Below, one piece after another: positions 37,280 to 50,956 of a DNA stretch of 64,000 nucleotides. Numbering within the stretch: the first letter of the stretch is position 1; every line of letters begins with the position of its first letter. Source of the DNA: the human T2T-CHM13v2.0 reference genome, Homo sapiens. The notes beneath the pieces were generated by a model. That model was not told the DNA's origin. It searched no databases and saw only the letters and a list, made by a program, of their open reading frames with translations. The stretch is from the NCBI RefSeq assembly GCF_009914755.1, contig NC_060944.1; one strand, written 5' to 3'. The position numbers and the translations under genes are program-made.

Positions 37280-37828
37280 CATAAGTAATGTGTGAAGGAG
37301 AAGCATCTTGAGTTCAGCAGCTGGGAAGATATTTTAATATTTCAAGGTTTGGGGTGATAGTATCAGTTACCTATGTGATTGCCAGAGCAAGTACGAGTGT
37401 CAGAGAAAGTACTCTCAACCTTAGGATGCATTAATGAGGTGCAGAGGCTGGAGGGTGAGGGTAAGAGTTCAATTTTATTCTGGTGATTTGGGACACCGTC
37501 TATATTTAGATATGGTGGAGAACTTCAAAAATTAGGTTATGTGAGACTTGATTGAAAGAAACAGAGGACTTTTCCAGAAAATAAATTACTCTTTGGAAAC
37601 ATGATAATCACTTTTAAATTTTTTTTGAAAAATTTTTATGTGAAACACAGATCAGATTGATTCTAAATTTCCTCCAGGGATAAAATCAATGTGTCTAAGA
37701 TATAGAGAGATAGGCTTCTATGCAATCTAAGGTAGACTTTTCTAACAGCAGAGGTCCCACTAGGCTGGGTTGGGTGTTGTCAGTCCTTTGTCACTGGGTG
37801 TATGTAAGTAAAGATTGAATTGCCTCTA
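37280..37828 (+). mobile_element. L3/CR1 LINE fragment
   Basis: caaccttaggatgcattaat...aaggtagactttctaacag...tttgtcactgggtgtatgtaag. Confidence 0.6.
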
Positions 37829-37839
37829 AGATAGGTTAC

Positions 37840-38330
37840 AACTTCATCATCTGTCACCTAGATTGGTTTAAAAAACAAGCCTTTTAATGGGATTCCCTTT
37901 CTCCAGTTCACCCTTCTTCAAACCTATCCTCTATACAGTTATCAGACAGATACAGTTAAAAAGCAAAACTACTTCTTCCACTTGTCTTCCTGAAATTATT
38001 CAATGGTTTTTCATAAATTTCAATCCAAACAGCCTAATCATGTCTCCAAAGCCTCCTGTGAACCACTGATGGTTTTCCCTTATCTCCCCAGTTCACTATT
38101 TATTCTCCTGCAACAATAAACTATCTATAGGTCATCCTGTACACCATGTTGTTTCTTATCTTGATGCTGGGATGCACTGCTTTGCTTCTTTACCTGGCTA
38201 ATTTCTATTTTTCATTTAAGTGTTGGCATTAAACATTTAAGTTCCCTCTCCTCCAGGACTTTCTCCTTAATCACTACCCCTCCATTAAAAGAAGGGTTAG
38301 TATCAACATCTCCAGTGTGGTATGTAGTTT
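37840..38330 (+). mobile_element. L2 fragment
   Basis: tcatctgtcacctagatt...cctggctaatttctatttttcatttaag. Confidence 0.6.
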
Positions 38331-38409
38331 GAAAGGGATATTCTATATGCTTAATTGTTTTATTACACCTAATAAAAACAAAAGGAGAAAATATTTATAC
38401 ACCTATTCA

Positions 38410-38630
38410 ATGTCTGTTTATTGAGAACCTACTAAATGCTATATGCTGTGTAAAGTGTATTTTATATGATTTTTAATTCTCCCAACAGTTCTATGAAGTG
38501 GTCATTGTTATTATCCACATTTTATAGGTGAGGAGATAGAGGTTTAGTAAAAGTAAGAAACTTGGTCAGTTAGGACCATATAGCTAATAAGTAGTGGATA
38601 CAGTTTTCAAATCTAAGACTTTTCAACCTA
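38410..38630 (-). mobile_element. MIR
   Basis: tttattgagaacctacta...ccacattttataggtgaggagatagagg. Confidence 0.75.
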
Positions 38631-38689
38631 CTCTTCCTCCCTCTCTCTTTTGTCTTTCATAAACATTGCCCCTAACAACTGTTTTGCAT

Positions 38690-39930
38690 GTCTGTCTGTG
38701 TTCGTTCTTAAGAGGACCTGAAATGCCGCAATTGGTACCAATACTGTGTGAAACAGTAAGAGGTAAGAAGTTTTGAGCCTGGGTTACTCATCACCAAGCT
38801 GTCAAGGAGGTGCACATGTCAAATGGAAAAAGGGGTGGGGAAGGGGTGTAGTCCCTGGAACAAGACGATGCTCTAGTCACTCACAGTCTCACTGGTGGTA
38901 ACCTGGGAACGTACTCTGTATGGTGGATCATTCTTGCTGGTGTAATAAATCAGGCATTTAAAAGTTGTGGGAGGAACAGTGTCTACAAAAATGTGGAGGG
39001 GAAAAAGCATCTCAAAGGGTGGGGCTTTGAATGGGAAGAGAAGTGGCCTGAGAGTATATACAGATTTCCGGAAATGGTCAGGGAGCTGACTCATAGGTGG
39101 GAATTGAACAATGAGAACACTTGGATACAAGAAGGGGAACATCACACACCGGGGCCTGTTGTGGGGTGGGGGGAGATGGGAGGGATAGCATTAGGAGATA
39201 TACCTAATGTAAATGACGAGTTAATGGGTGCAGCACACCACCATGGCACATGTATATATATGTAACAAACCTGCACGTTGTGCACATGTACCCTAGAACT
39301 TAAAGTATAAAAAAAAATCAGAGATGAAGACGTCTGGGATAGAGGCATGTAGGTGAATACAAGGCAGTGGGCACAAAGTTGAATATTTTTGCATCACATG
39401 CCAGTGTTCACATTTGTTAATGCATTCACCATGAGATAAGCTCTAAGCAGCCAAGTAGACAAAACAACTTGACCAGTTCGCATCAGCCAGCCTTCATCAC
39501 TGGCCATCCCAGAACTGGCATAGATGTGAATAAGGGATCATGGTGGCACAGATGGAGGCTACACATTGGCTTAACGGTGTGGACTTTCAGTTATTAAGGC
39601 TGATCTGGCTACTGCCACCTCTGAATGCCCAACCTACCGGCAACCAAGATGAACACTGAGGACATATTATATCATTATCTATCATGGAACCTAACAGGCT
39701 TCTTTGTGCAAGTGTCCCCATGACCAGGAGACCCACTGGTCATATCACATACCACAGTATCCAGAATCAGTGATCGTATTTCACTTCTTACATCCTCCAG
39801 AGACTACAGTTCATCCTCAAGGGACAGATATTTATTTTGCGTATGGTTTTGACTTTTTAGTGTACAGAGCCTCGGTCAGCACCATTATCTTGGAGATTAG
39901 GGAATGTCTCATCCATGGTCATGGTGTTAT
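38690..39930 (+). mobile_element. ERVL internal (pol-derived) degenerate fragment, split by L1PA
   Basis: ggaagagaagtggcctgag; gtctgggatagaggcatgt; catggtggcacagatggaggctac; aaggctgatctggctactgccac. Confidence 0.65.
39089..39317 (+). mobile_element. Young L1PA (PA3-PA5-like) 3' end
   Basis: actcataggtgggaattgaacaatgagaacac...gcacatgtaccctagaacttaaagtataa. Confidence 0.95.
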
Positions 39931-40050
39931 TTTCTCCATGAAACTGAGACCTACAAAGGTTTCATAACTTGTTCAAGGTTGCACATCCATAAAGGCTGAG
40001 AACTGCAATTTCAACTCAGATCTTGGGTCTCCAAAGCCCATTCTTGCTCT
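39930..40050 (-). mobile_element. MIR fragment
   Basis: gaaactgagac...taacttgttcaaggttgcaca. Confidence 0.6.
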
Positions 40051-40472
40051 ACCCTAGCAGGGCCAGTATAGTTTTCTGCAGAAGGTACATTGACTCAGGT
40101 CCAGGGTACTTGATTTGGCCACTGTGTAAGTAAACCTGAACCTGAAGACCCTCATAAATCCTCCTTCTGAGACACAGGGGTATCTTGGGAAAAGCCTCCA
40201 TAGATGTTTAGTTCAAAGCAAAACATGAAAATAAAGGAACATCCACTTTCACTACATCATGAATTTGAATTTCAATTGAATTCAATTGTGATGTTGGTGA
40301 CTTTTTCTTCAACTGCTTCATGGGGGTTTGTCTTTAAGTTTTAGGCCAGAGATGGGTGATTAGGTGGAAAAATCTGTACCAGCGCCAGGCTTGGTCCAGC
40401 TCCCAAGCTTCTAATCACCTCTTTCAGGCCCAATCCTTATCTGAGAAATGAAGTTACAATTTAAACAGAGTC

Positions 40473-40474
<2 letters not shown>

Positions 40475-40514
<40 letters not shown>
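40475..40514. repeat. (GT)20 perfect microsatellite
   Basis: Direct reading. Confidence 0.97.
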
Positions 40515-40516
<2 letters not shown>

Positions 40517-40632
40517 CAACAAATCTCACTTCTTGTCTTTTCTTTCTAACCTCTGATGCTTATGTCTTAGAAACAGCCTTCTGTGCTGGGTCCTTTTGGG
40601 TCATCTGCCTTGAGTTCATCTTGTGTTAGGCT

Positions 40633-41140
40633 TGTATTAGAGGGCACTCTTTTTATGGTGACAGAAGCCCAGCTTAAACTGTCATAGAATTTACCAGCCT
40701 ATATAAGTAAATATTCAACTAGATTCAGAGCCAGTAGGAATGAGAGTCTTGAATGCCACCAGGAATTCATTTCTTCATCTCTCTTCTCTGCTTCTTTCAG
40801 CCTGTCAGCTTTATTCTTTTAAGACTGGCTTCCTACATTTAGTTGGAATTACATTTCTTGATAGTTCTTATGCCTTACAACTTTTATCTTCATTTTTTTC
40901 TCCGATTTTCATTTGAAAGATCTCAAGGACAGGTTCTGATTGAGTAGCTTTGGCTAAGTGTCCATCCTAGGACCAATGAAATGTGGTCTGATGGGTGGAG
41001 GACTTTGATTATGCTCTCCCTGCAATGCGATAGTGGGAGTGTGAGGAGTAGGAACTCTCCAAAATAAGGAGGATGGTATTGCCATTCCAGAAGAAAGGAT
41101 ACTGAACAGACAAAACCATGACACCTATGATGGTGACCTG
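40633..41140. mobile_element. Old MLT1 (J/K/L-like) LTR
   Basis: ggtgacagaagcccagcttaaactg...ttctgattgagtagctttggctaagtgtccatcc. Confidence 0.55.
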
Positions 41141-41717
41141 CCATAGGTAAGCTGAATCAATAATGCCAGGATCACCTGCTAAAATAATTATTATTTTTTT
41201 CTTCTCAAGGAAACATTAATTTTGGAGCATGGTTAATATTGTCAATGATGTCTTGCTCACCTTTGTACTTTTCACAATGATTAACATAGTGCCTTAAACA
41301 GAAGAAAAAAATAGGAAGAGAAAAAACAGGACAAATGATGGATTTCTCTTTGGGGACAATGACATTTATTCTAGCCATTAACCCCTTATTGGACATCTTC
41401 AGGTGTTTCTTGGTTGCACTTGCTCCCCTTTGCTCAATCCAGAAAACACAAAGAAGCCTTTTGCAGGCTATTTTAGCCGATAGGTCTCAGAAGTTGCCTA
41501 TGCACTGCATCATGGGTAAAATTTGGGTTAAAGATAATTGTAAATACGGTATTGATATCAACTGATGTTTTCCCAACATTGCAATAATGCTTGTTTTGTT
41601 TGTTGGAGAGTTTATTACTTTTTGATCAATAGAATGTGAGATTTGTGGGTGAAATTAGCATAGTGAATAACAATTAGGCAAAAAATCAATGGGATTCAGA
41701 CAAATATGGGACAATTT

Positions 41718-41783
41718 TCTCTCTCTGTCTCTCTCTCTGTCTCTCTCTCTGACACACACACACACACACATACACACACACAC
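41718..41783. repeat. (CT)n-(CA)n compound microsatellite
   Basis: Direct reading. Confidence 0.92.
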
Positions 41784-42229
41784 TTTAAAAACTGTAAGGC
41801 ATCTTATTTACAATTCCAAAGCTCTAGGTGGGGATGGGAGTATATATGGTTCCCATGAACTAGAAACAAATAGGTACCAAGAAACCGTTTGCAGATTCTG
41901 TTTTCAGGACACTTAAGATCTTTGTATGCTGAAAAACCTGGAACATCAATATCCATTAATTCCTTTTGTACTCTCTTCATTTTTAGTTTAATTAAGAGTC
42001 ACTGAATCCCTTATCTTTATCACCTCTCGCCTGGGTGCTGTGGCTAAGAGGTAAAGCAGATAGAACTCTAGTTCTCCCATAGTCTCACTTTTATTTCTTT
42101 TCTTCTTTCAACATTATTTCATTGGTGGCCAAAGCAAAGCATTTACATACTATGCCATTGAATCATAGGCAATGAAATTAAGAGAGACCCCAGCAATCAC
42201 GATTCAAATCACTCCTAAGAATGGGACAG

Positions 42230-42415
42230 AAATCCCTGAAACTAGAGTTTGTCCTCAAGCATTCACTTGCGTATTTCTAATGACAGGGAACTCATTACCT
42301 CCCAAGGCAATCCATTGTAATGTGGCACAGCTCTGATGGCTAGAATGTGTTCCCTTATATTATATGGAAAACTGTTCCCTGAACATTCTCTTATTGGTCC
42401 TGGTTGTCCTCCAGA
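42230..42415 (-). mobile_element. L3/CR1 3' fragment
   Basis: tgacagggaactcattacctcccaaggcaatccatt...acagctctgatggctagaatgtgttccctt. Confidence 0.7.
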
Positions 42416-45074
42416 GTCAAAAAAAACAAAAGAGGAAAAAAGAAAACTGTGATTGATTTATTGCCTTGTGAGATTATAGGCCATTTCCTGTATTTTTTTC
42501 TTTAAGAAAAATGGTCAAGGCCAACTATTATATCAGTTTTTGAACATCACTGTATTCTAGGCACTGGAGTAAGAACTTTTCATACATGCATCATCTCATT
42601 CACTCTTACACCTTAGCACAGAAAGTAAAAATATGTACAGAACTCAAATACTTTTCAGTGTCTGCATTTACATTGAAGTATCAGGATTTCCTCTGGCTGT
42701 TGGATGTGAACAGCCTTGAAGGGAACCACACTGAAACATGTTCCATTTCCCTTCCCTTCTGCTTGTTGGACAGAAGAAGCCACAGGAGTTTGGAGAATGG
42801 GAAGAAAAACTTCCATTTATTTTACAGATTTATTTTTCTCTGGAGATCAGATTAATGCCATGATTACTGCTCTGTGCACCTTGTATGTCCTCAAAGAGAT
42901 GATCCCACATTTCTGTGAATGTCCAATCTGATGTGTGAGCCGTCTTTGACTCTTTGTTGAAAGATGGCAACCTATCTGCAAAGGAGAACCCTCTGATCCA
43001 GCATCCACATCCCGAGTATCCATCCATTCTGAGTGGAGGGCATTTTCAAGCTTCCTCAAGAAACGCATGTTGACTGTGAGCTCCTTAAAAACCATGTTTC
43101 TTCTTGTCTCCTGAGCCTCTGGAAAATGTGGTTCGGATAAGTTACTAAGTATATATTTGTTGGATTAAGTACGATGATTGGGATATAATACAGTTCTCAG
43201 CTCTTACATTTTGTGGTGTGTCTAAGAATTCCCTGAGAACATCAGTGAAGTGTATTTACAGCATTGGTTCAACTCCTGGTGGACTCTAACATCTGTGTAT
43301 CATGGTATTTGAGGATTCCATGGGGTTCGTTGCCATGTCTGAGAATCCTAACTATATATCATCCTATCTGATAATTCCTTATGGAATATCTCTGTAGCTG
43401 AGAATTTCCTTCCACTGCATGCCTGCTCAGAAAACAGTGTTTAGAATAATGGTCCTGCTTGGCTCTGAATTGGGCTGGTTAATAATCATTGCTGGGGAAA
43501 TCAATCAAATCTATGATATCTTATTACTTACACTAATTTAATCACAGGGAACGGATCACTGTTCCAGTTCAAAGGGCAAAAATTGTGTGTGTGTGGAGGG
43601 GGGGTGTATGGGGGAGAGAGAGAGAGAAGAGAGAGATTGAAGAGCAGAGGGTACGTTAAGCAAAGAAGGTAGTGAAACCCTGGAGGGAATGACCTAATCT
43701 CTACAACATATCATATGCCATATTCAGCTGAACTTTAATTTGTACCTGAAAGCATGTTACTTTTATTCCAATTGTATTCTGAGAATTGTGTTCTGAATAA
43801 TTTTTGAGATCAGAGAAGGCAATTGCTAATTCCCTAATCATACAAATTAACTGAGTATGATTTTTAGTAAAATTGCTCACATGTGATTACTGCAGCCAAC
43901 CAAGCTGGCTCCATCCTAGGCAAATGAGTAGATGACAGCCAGCCAGGATGGAGACCATGAATATGCAGGATCAATGATGGTCCAGTCTCTCCAGGTTTAT
44001 GAGTTAGTCTGTGTCAATCTTGTACATTCCCTTTTATCACCTTTCTGTCCACCCTAATCCATGAAGCCTTTTCTGAAGAGGCCCCCAATCAGGTGAGAGC
44101 TCTTCCTCTTCGGAATTTCACTCTCATTTTGTGGCTCCAGAGTGGGTGCTAATTACGTGGTCTACCCCATCTTTCTTTCTATTGAGCAATGCCACTCTCC
44201 TGGTCCATGGGGATTCTGGTGGAGGTTTTAGCCAAAGACCCCGCTCTTCTGGCCCAGACTGGCCAGTAAAAAACCCATGTTCTTGGACACAGAGGTTGGT
44301 CCGGGATGAGCTGATCAGAATCCTCTTTTGATTATCCTGTTGAGTTTGGAGGAGGAGACACTCTTGAGATTGCAAATAGCAAAGACCAAAAAGCTACAGT
44401 TTTCATCCTGGCATCCCTCCTGTTTTTGTATGGCTCTGCCTTAGTCCTTTGGTCCTGTTTTGTAAAATTTCCTATCTTCTCACTGGTTCTAATATAGAGA
44501 TGATATTTTTTTTTTTTCTCAAGACCCAAGCCTGATTGATTGGCAGAGACTGCTGCTGGAGTAATGTGTTAAGAAAGAGACCGGGTCATGCCTAGGGTCA
44601 AGGTAATATGTAGGGTCAGCAGGAAGAGATTGTGATCTATTAGTTATGTCTTACATGGGCACAGGAGTGGTTGTAAACAAACCAGGTGTTTGCCATCCTT
44701 TATCTAGTGACATATCCTATTTCTTCTCAGTGATTGGTATGAGTCCTGGATTTGGGCAACACCCTATTTCTATCACTTGTCAAATTTGTCACCAGGAAAG
44801 CCACAGTGGCCACCTCATGAACCAGGTCAACCAGACTTTTGCCCTTCAGACTTTAACATTAATTCTTTGGGTCCTCGAAGGCTGAAGTCAGTCAGAAGAA
44901 TAAATGACGCTACATTCTGACAAATTCAAGGAGTGTGCAGCATAGGCTGGGAGGCCCAAGATTGTAGGCCCAGGGCAGTCCATGCAGCAAATTCACTTAC
45001 ATTAGCTTTCCAATTCAATGTTCAATTGATTACTTTTGTGTAATCATGGTCCACTGGGGATTTTGTATGATCAT

Positions 45075-45620
45075 TTGTGACCAGAGACCATGCATGCGTT
45101 TTTTTTGCTATTGCATCTCCTATGCCTGGTACACAGTAAGTGCTCAATAATGTGTTGAATGAGGGAATAAATAAATCAGCAAATTAATGTACAAACTCTC
45201 TAGCTCATATCAGAAGTCAAAACTGATTCAGAATTGATATTTATGGAATACTATTTGAGCTGAAGTAGAAGGATCTAGAAAGGATACATTCAGTTTTTAT
45301 ATTTAGGATGTAGAACCAATAGGATTTGGTGGTAAAAAAAGATAATGCTAGGAGAAAGGGAAGAGGGCAAGAAGTCTCCCAGATTTATGACTGGAGCAAT
45401 GAGTGGCTGGTAGTGGCATTCATTGAGATGCTCTTCCAAAGCACCTGTGTTGGCCTTGTCATAAGAACTTCTCATACTCTATTTTTATTGGCTGAGTATT
45501 TCTCTTCCTTTCAAGCCAGGTAGTACATTGAGGGAGGCACTGTGCCTATCTTGTATAGAATTGCATTCCCAGAACCTAGTTCAGTGCTGGGACATAGCAG
45601 GTCAGTAATAAATACTGAGT
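45075..45620. mobile_element. Cluster of L2 fragments in both orientations
   Basis: gcctggtacacagtaagtgctcaataatgtgttgaatga; cagtgctgggacatagcaggtcagtaataaatactga. Confidence 0.6.
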
Positions 45621-46410
45621 ACCACACGTGTGTTGGTACCAAATAGCCATTGATGATGATGAACCACTTAATAAGTATATAATGACACTGTATTTCCATT
45701 TATTATGACAGGGGCACATGTTACCTAAAAGCAACTTCCAGTCACTTGTGAAAAGGATAAGGTGCAAACCTTGTTTCACATAGCTCAGAACTGTCCTCTG
45801 GTCTAGTGTAGACCTGCCAATCTACCATGGTATTAAAATGCAAATTTTGTATGAGCTTCAATTACTGAAAGTCTATATGAAGTTTATGAGGCTTAACCCA
45901 TAGCTGGTTCCTGTTCACAGTCAAAGGCCAATGAATGGTCAATAAAAGCTGCAAACAGCTTTCCGTTATTCCTGATGGATTTCTCTGTAAGATGACAGAG
46001 TGTAACAATGATCAATAGTGGAACAACCATTTCTGAAGGCCTCTTGTGTCAGATAGAATATATTGATATGAAGGAGGGCAGCATCAAGTTTTGTTGGTAT
46101 GTCAGCCTATGGTTTCGGGTAAACAGAGGATAGCTCCTCTTTAATAAAATAGGATAGATTATGTTTGAGTCCTTCCAATAGAACCTGGCACATAGTTGGG
46201 GCTCAACAAATGTGCCTGAGATAATCATCTCGGAAGAGTTGGTTTAAGAGAGACTTATTGAGTTGGTTAAGGGGAACATATTGGTGAGTATTGGAGCCCA
46301 GGGATTAGTTGTCACTATGTCCTCCTCCTGTCCAGGAAGAAAATGGATGGAAGTGGCATTTTCTACTAACTGAATGATGAAGATAGCTTCTTTTTTTGTA
46401 TTTGTTACAG

Positions 46411-46501
46411 AAATGCCCAGTGCTGTCTGGTCTAGTCTGATTTTAGGAGGATCAGAATTGAAGATTTATCCAAGGATGCTGCTATGTGATGAACAGAGAA
46501 T
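46411..46501 (+). other. Candidate 91-nt exon (probably non-coding or cryptic)
   Basis: TACTAAC 46364-46370, tttttttgtatttgttacAG 46410, donor AAT|GTGAGG 46501/46502. Confidence 0.3.
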
Positions 46502-46717
46502 GTGAGGACTGCTATTCTAGGAGGGCACGCAGTATCATCTGATGTACAAATGTTTAATTTCTCAGTGCCTCAAGATTTTTTGCAGACAGTAATGATTGGG
46601 GAGCAAGTAAACAATGGCCCATTTATAGATATGAGAGGTCTGGTCTTCGCTGGTCTTCGCAGGTTTAGTAATCATGTGCTGTTAATAATCCTAACAACAC
46701 AGTTACGATCATTTAGA

Positions 46718-46890
46718 CAGTGGTTCTCAGTCCTGGCTGCACAGTAGAATCAGCTGGGAATCTTGGAAAGTACAAATGTGGGAGTCCCATTCTAGAATAA
46801 GAGCTCTGTGGGTGGGACTGGGTATCAGATTTTTTTTTTTTTTAAAGCTTCTCAGGTGATTGTAATGCACAGCCAGGGTTGAAAACCATC
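46718..46890. mobile_element. MER5B hAT-Charlie
   Basis: cagtggttctcagtcctggctgcac...caggtgattgtaatgcacagccagggttgaaaacca. Confidence 0.85.
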
Positions 46891-46934
46891 AATTGGCCCA
46901 ATAGAGAAATAGTGAAATTCAGCAGACACTGTTA

Positions 46935-47405
46935 TTTTCTGACTCTATTGAGGTATCATTGACAAATAAGAATTGTATCTATTTACAGTGTTTCATGTGA
47001 TGTTTTGATATACATATATATGAAATAATTACTGTAGTCAAGTTAATTAACATATCAATCACCTCACATAGCTACCGTGTGTATGTGTGTGTGCATGCAT
47101 AGTGAGATCTTCTCTCTTAGCAAATTTCAAGTATACAATGCAGTATAAATTAACTACAGTCATCACGCTGTACATCAGATACCTAGAGCTTAGTCATTGT
47201 GTGTAACTGAAACTTTGTAACCTCTGACCAATATCTCTCCATTTCCTTCAACCCCAGTCCCTGGCCAACTACTATTCTACCCTCTGCTTCTACGAGTTTG
47301 ACTTTTTTAGGAACCACATATAAGTGAGATGATGCAGCGTTTGTCTTTCTGTGTCTGGCTTATTTCACTTGGCCTAATGTCCTCCAGGTTCATCCGTGTT
47401 GCGCA
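46935..47405 (-). mobile_element. L1MA9-like 3' end
   Basis: tattgaggtatcattgacaaata...ctcttagcaaatttcaagtatacaa...tctggcttatttcactt. Confidence 0.88.
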
Positions 47406-48554
47406 AACACTTTTTTGATGGAGAAAAACTGTTTTATTTGATGACTAACTAGGCAGTGAATTCCTTTAAATGGGATTGGAAAATCTTTAGAATTAGATAT
47501 TGTTAACTAAATAATAGGTAGCTGGACTTTGGGGTAGCTGATTTCATTGTTGTCTATGCCCTAGGAAGGGAACAATATAAAAATTAATTTGTCCCTTGTC
47601 CAGACACTGGTTGCAATCATTGCCTAGGATTTTCAAACTTTGAGGAAGGCTGACGAGCGTATGGTGATTAACTGGCATACTATAGATCTATTGAGAATGC
47701 TTCGAAGTATGTAGCTTCTCAAGGAATTCTACCCCAGCAAGACACAGGGGAAGGCTGTCCTTGGGTGTGGGAACAAGAAGTTGGACTTAGGAGTTAACAC
47801 TTCAGATGGTAATTGGAGGGGTAGCTTTCAAAGCCTCTCGTTTTTCTGAATCAAAAAGAGAAATGGTTGGTGGGAGGAAATGGCCCTGTGCTGGTTGGCA
47901 TACATAGGTTAAGAGAAAGAGGAGCTCTTGTTGCATGTGACTCAGTGGTTAACTTTTTATATGGATAATTGTTAGTGAAAACCCCCATGGGATGTTAGTA
48001 GCTATGACTTGATGCTGTGGACAGCCAGCCATCACAGATAGGTTCCTACAGGGCTTTGCTGTGGGATGAGGATGGCTCACCACCCTGTAACTGGCTCTTA
48101 AAAGGGAGCCACGTGTAACGGCTGATCAAAGTAGCACCAAGAAGGGCTGATATTTATTTGTTAAAGAGAGAACTAAAATTTTCCTTGTCATTTGTAGACC
48201 ACATTTTTTTTTTAAAGGCCTGCTGGATCTGAGAATATATTTTTTGGCTACTGGTTTTACTTAATATTATTATTAATGGGTATGATGGGAACTAAACTTG
48301 TTTCATTATTTTAAGTAATCAACTGGCCTATAATAAAGAGATATTACCAAGTAAGTATTATTCAATAAAGGAAAGGATTGTTTCTATTAAAAACATGAGT
48401 CTGTATATCCATGATCTTGTGTATGTGTCTGGGGTTATGCGTCTTTCAAGACTCTCAGAATGGGTCAGTTCATTCTTCTCGTTTGACTAATGAGTCTACT
48501 GAGACTTGATGGGAGTATCCAGAGAGCTATTAAATAATGTGGAAATTGAGCTGA

Positions 48555-48908
<354 letters not shown>

Positions 48909-49284
48909 TTCATTCCTTTTCCCTAGAGGATTCTTTGCAGGGAGGATAAGTGAAGGAAGAATCTTGCTGTGAAGCAGAACCTCTATGAGGTCACACGATG
49001 ATGGCTCTCTGCAGTATGAACAGAGAGAGAGAGAGAGACGAAAGGGCAATCACTGTCCATTCTCCCTCCCATTGCTCCTGAGACCTCTTCTTTACAATCA
49101 GGCCTCCGTGCTGCTGCCCTCCTTGTGCTGTGTCTCTTTGTGTGAGTGGATGAAGTGACTGAAGGCAGATCCAGGGAGCAGAAAAGAAGTCATGAAAGGG
49201 AGGACCAGAGGGTGTCTAGAAGGGCATCTACTAGTCATTTGATGGCCTGTGCGTATTTGGATAGAATCCAGAGAACTATTAAAA

Positions 49285-49502
49285 GTGCTTCCCAAGAGAG
49301 CCAGATTGCCTGGGATCAGATCTCTGTTATGCCTCTTATTAGCCATGTAATCTCAACTCTTAGTTTTCCCATATGTATAATGGGATGGTGACAACAATAG
49401 TCAACCTCATAGGGCTAGTTTGAGCGTGAAATGAGATATTACTTGAAAGTGTTTAGAATAGTTCCAGGCACATAGTAAGGGTTCAACATAAGCTAGTTAT
49501 TA
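49285..49502 (+). mobile_element. MIR
   Basis: agccagattgcctggg...ccaggcacatagtaag. Confidence 0.75.
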
Positions 49503-49700
49503 TGGCTTTTATGAGATTAGCTGAGAAATTCAACATCTATGACTTCCTAAGGTGGATGGTCATTCGTTCGTTCAACAAATATTTGCTGAATATTACTGTG
49601 TGTCAGGTCTCATGCCAAATACTCACAAATGAATTACAAATGGCCTCTCTTTGAAGGAGCAAGAAGGACTGGTTTGTTGTTTATCCCAGGAATACTCCAG

Positions 49701-49905
49701 CAAGCTTGTACAACTTGCCTTATTTTGTTGTTGTAGTTGTTGTTTTGCTTTGTTTTGCTTTAGGCTTTTCACAGCCTGAAGCCATGGTTTTTAGTTTCTG
49801 TCTCTAGTGATAAGTGGAAATGGGGGATGAGAAAGGGCTTTACTGGCCCAACCAGAAAGAGAAACTAAGAACCCATAAGTGTATTCTCTCCCTTGGATAC
49901 CCCTA
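49701..49905. mobile_element. ~205-bp hAT-Charlie MITE (MER107-like)
   Basis: Imperfect TIRs caagcttgtacaa ... ttggatacccct; family name from memory. Confidence 0.6.
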
Positions 49906-50902
49906 AGGGGTAGACAATCAAAAAGAAAGAACGGCAAAAGAACAGTGTATTCAGCAGCCCAAATGCACATGGAAACCTCTCATTTTTAAAGAGGATGAAG
50001 CCGTGGAGGCCGGAGCTTCTCTGGGGTCTGGTGTCATGATGGTCACACCAGCAGTAGCAGCCTGTGGGTGGGGAGGGGACAGAATGACCCCAGGCCTTTC
50101 TCTTTCCTGTAATCTAGATGTGAGGCTTGTGAAGAAATTTCCTAAAAGCAGCCTATTGAACTCAAGTTCCCCATCTCAGTCTCAGAGAAGTGGGAAATAG
50201 GGCCTCCTTTCACAGACTCCAAGGGCAGGAATTTTCGCCTTTCTCATGCAACAAGCAGCCAGCTCCTTCAGGCCTCATAGAAGTTTCAGCTACTGACTGA
50301 GGCTGGTTTGGGATAAGAAAAACATCCTCTGCTGAGGTCTCATGGGGCCTGGGTCAATGGCTCTGAACTGCAGGGAGCTTCGTGGGGGCAGGCTGCTGTG
50401 GTCCTAGCTTGCTTTAGATTGTAATAATTAGAGAATCTATACTTGGCAGAGGTGAGCTGGATCATGGAGATAATTTCGTTCAATCCTATCATTTTGCAAA
50501 GATAATCCTTTACAACTAGAGAAGACCAAGTTATCCTTATTCTCTGCCCAGTTCTGTTCCTTACTCAGCAAAAATCTCTTCTCTCTACTAATAGTTCATA
50601 GGTCTTTGTCCACCAAAAGTCCATAAGGATTCTGCCTGATTCATTTGCATATGACTCATATGCTAAGAGCTTCGTACCAAAATGTTAAGTGTAACATATT
50701 TGAACTACACTGTGATATTTCATCAAGAGTTGCCAAACTATAGCATGGAATATACAAAAATGTTCACTTCAAGTTATTAAAAAATTTGTCCTTTATTACT
50801 TAACGTAAAGTTGGAGTCCATTATAGGAATCATCTCTATCATCACCATTGTACCCATCATCATCCTGGTGATCCCCACGGATCATCAGCAGCAGCATCTC
50901 TG

Positions 50903-50935
<33 letters not shown>
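50903..50935. repeat. (TCA)11 microsatellite with degenerate upstream extension
   Basis: Direct reading. Confidence 0.95.
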
Positions 50936-50956
50936 CAACAGATAACATTGCTAGAC

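Noticed and set aside
49898-49912. Palindrome tacccct-a-aggggta at the hAT MITE end
   Set aside because: Right arm resembles the flanking L2 motif ggggagaca; probably coincidence.
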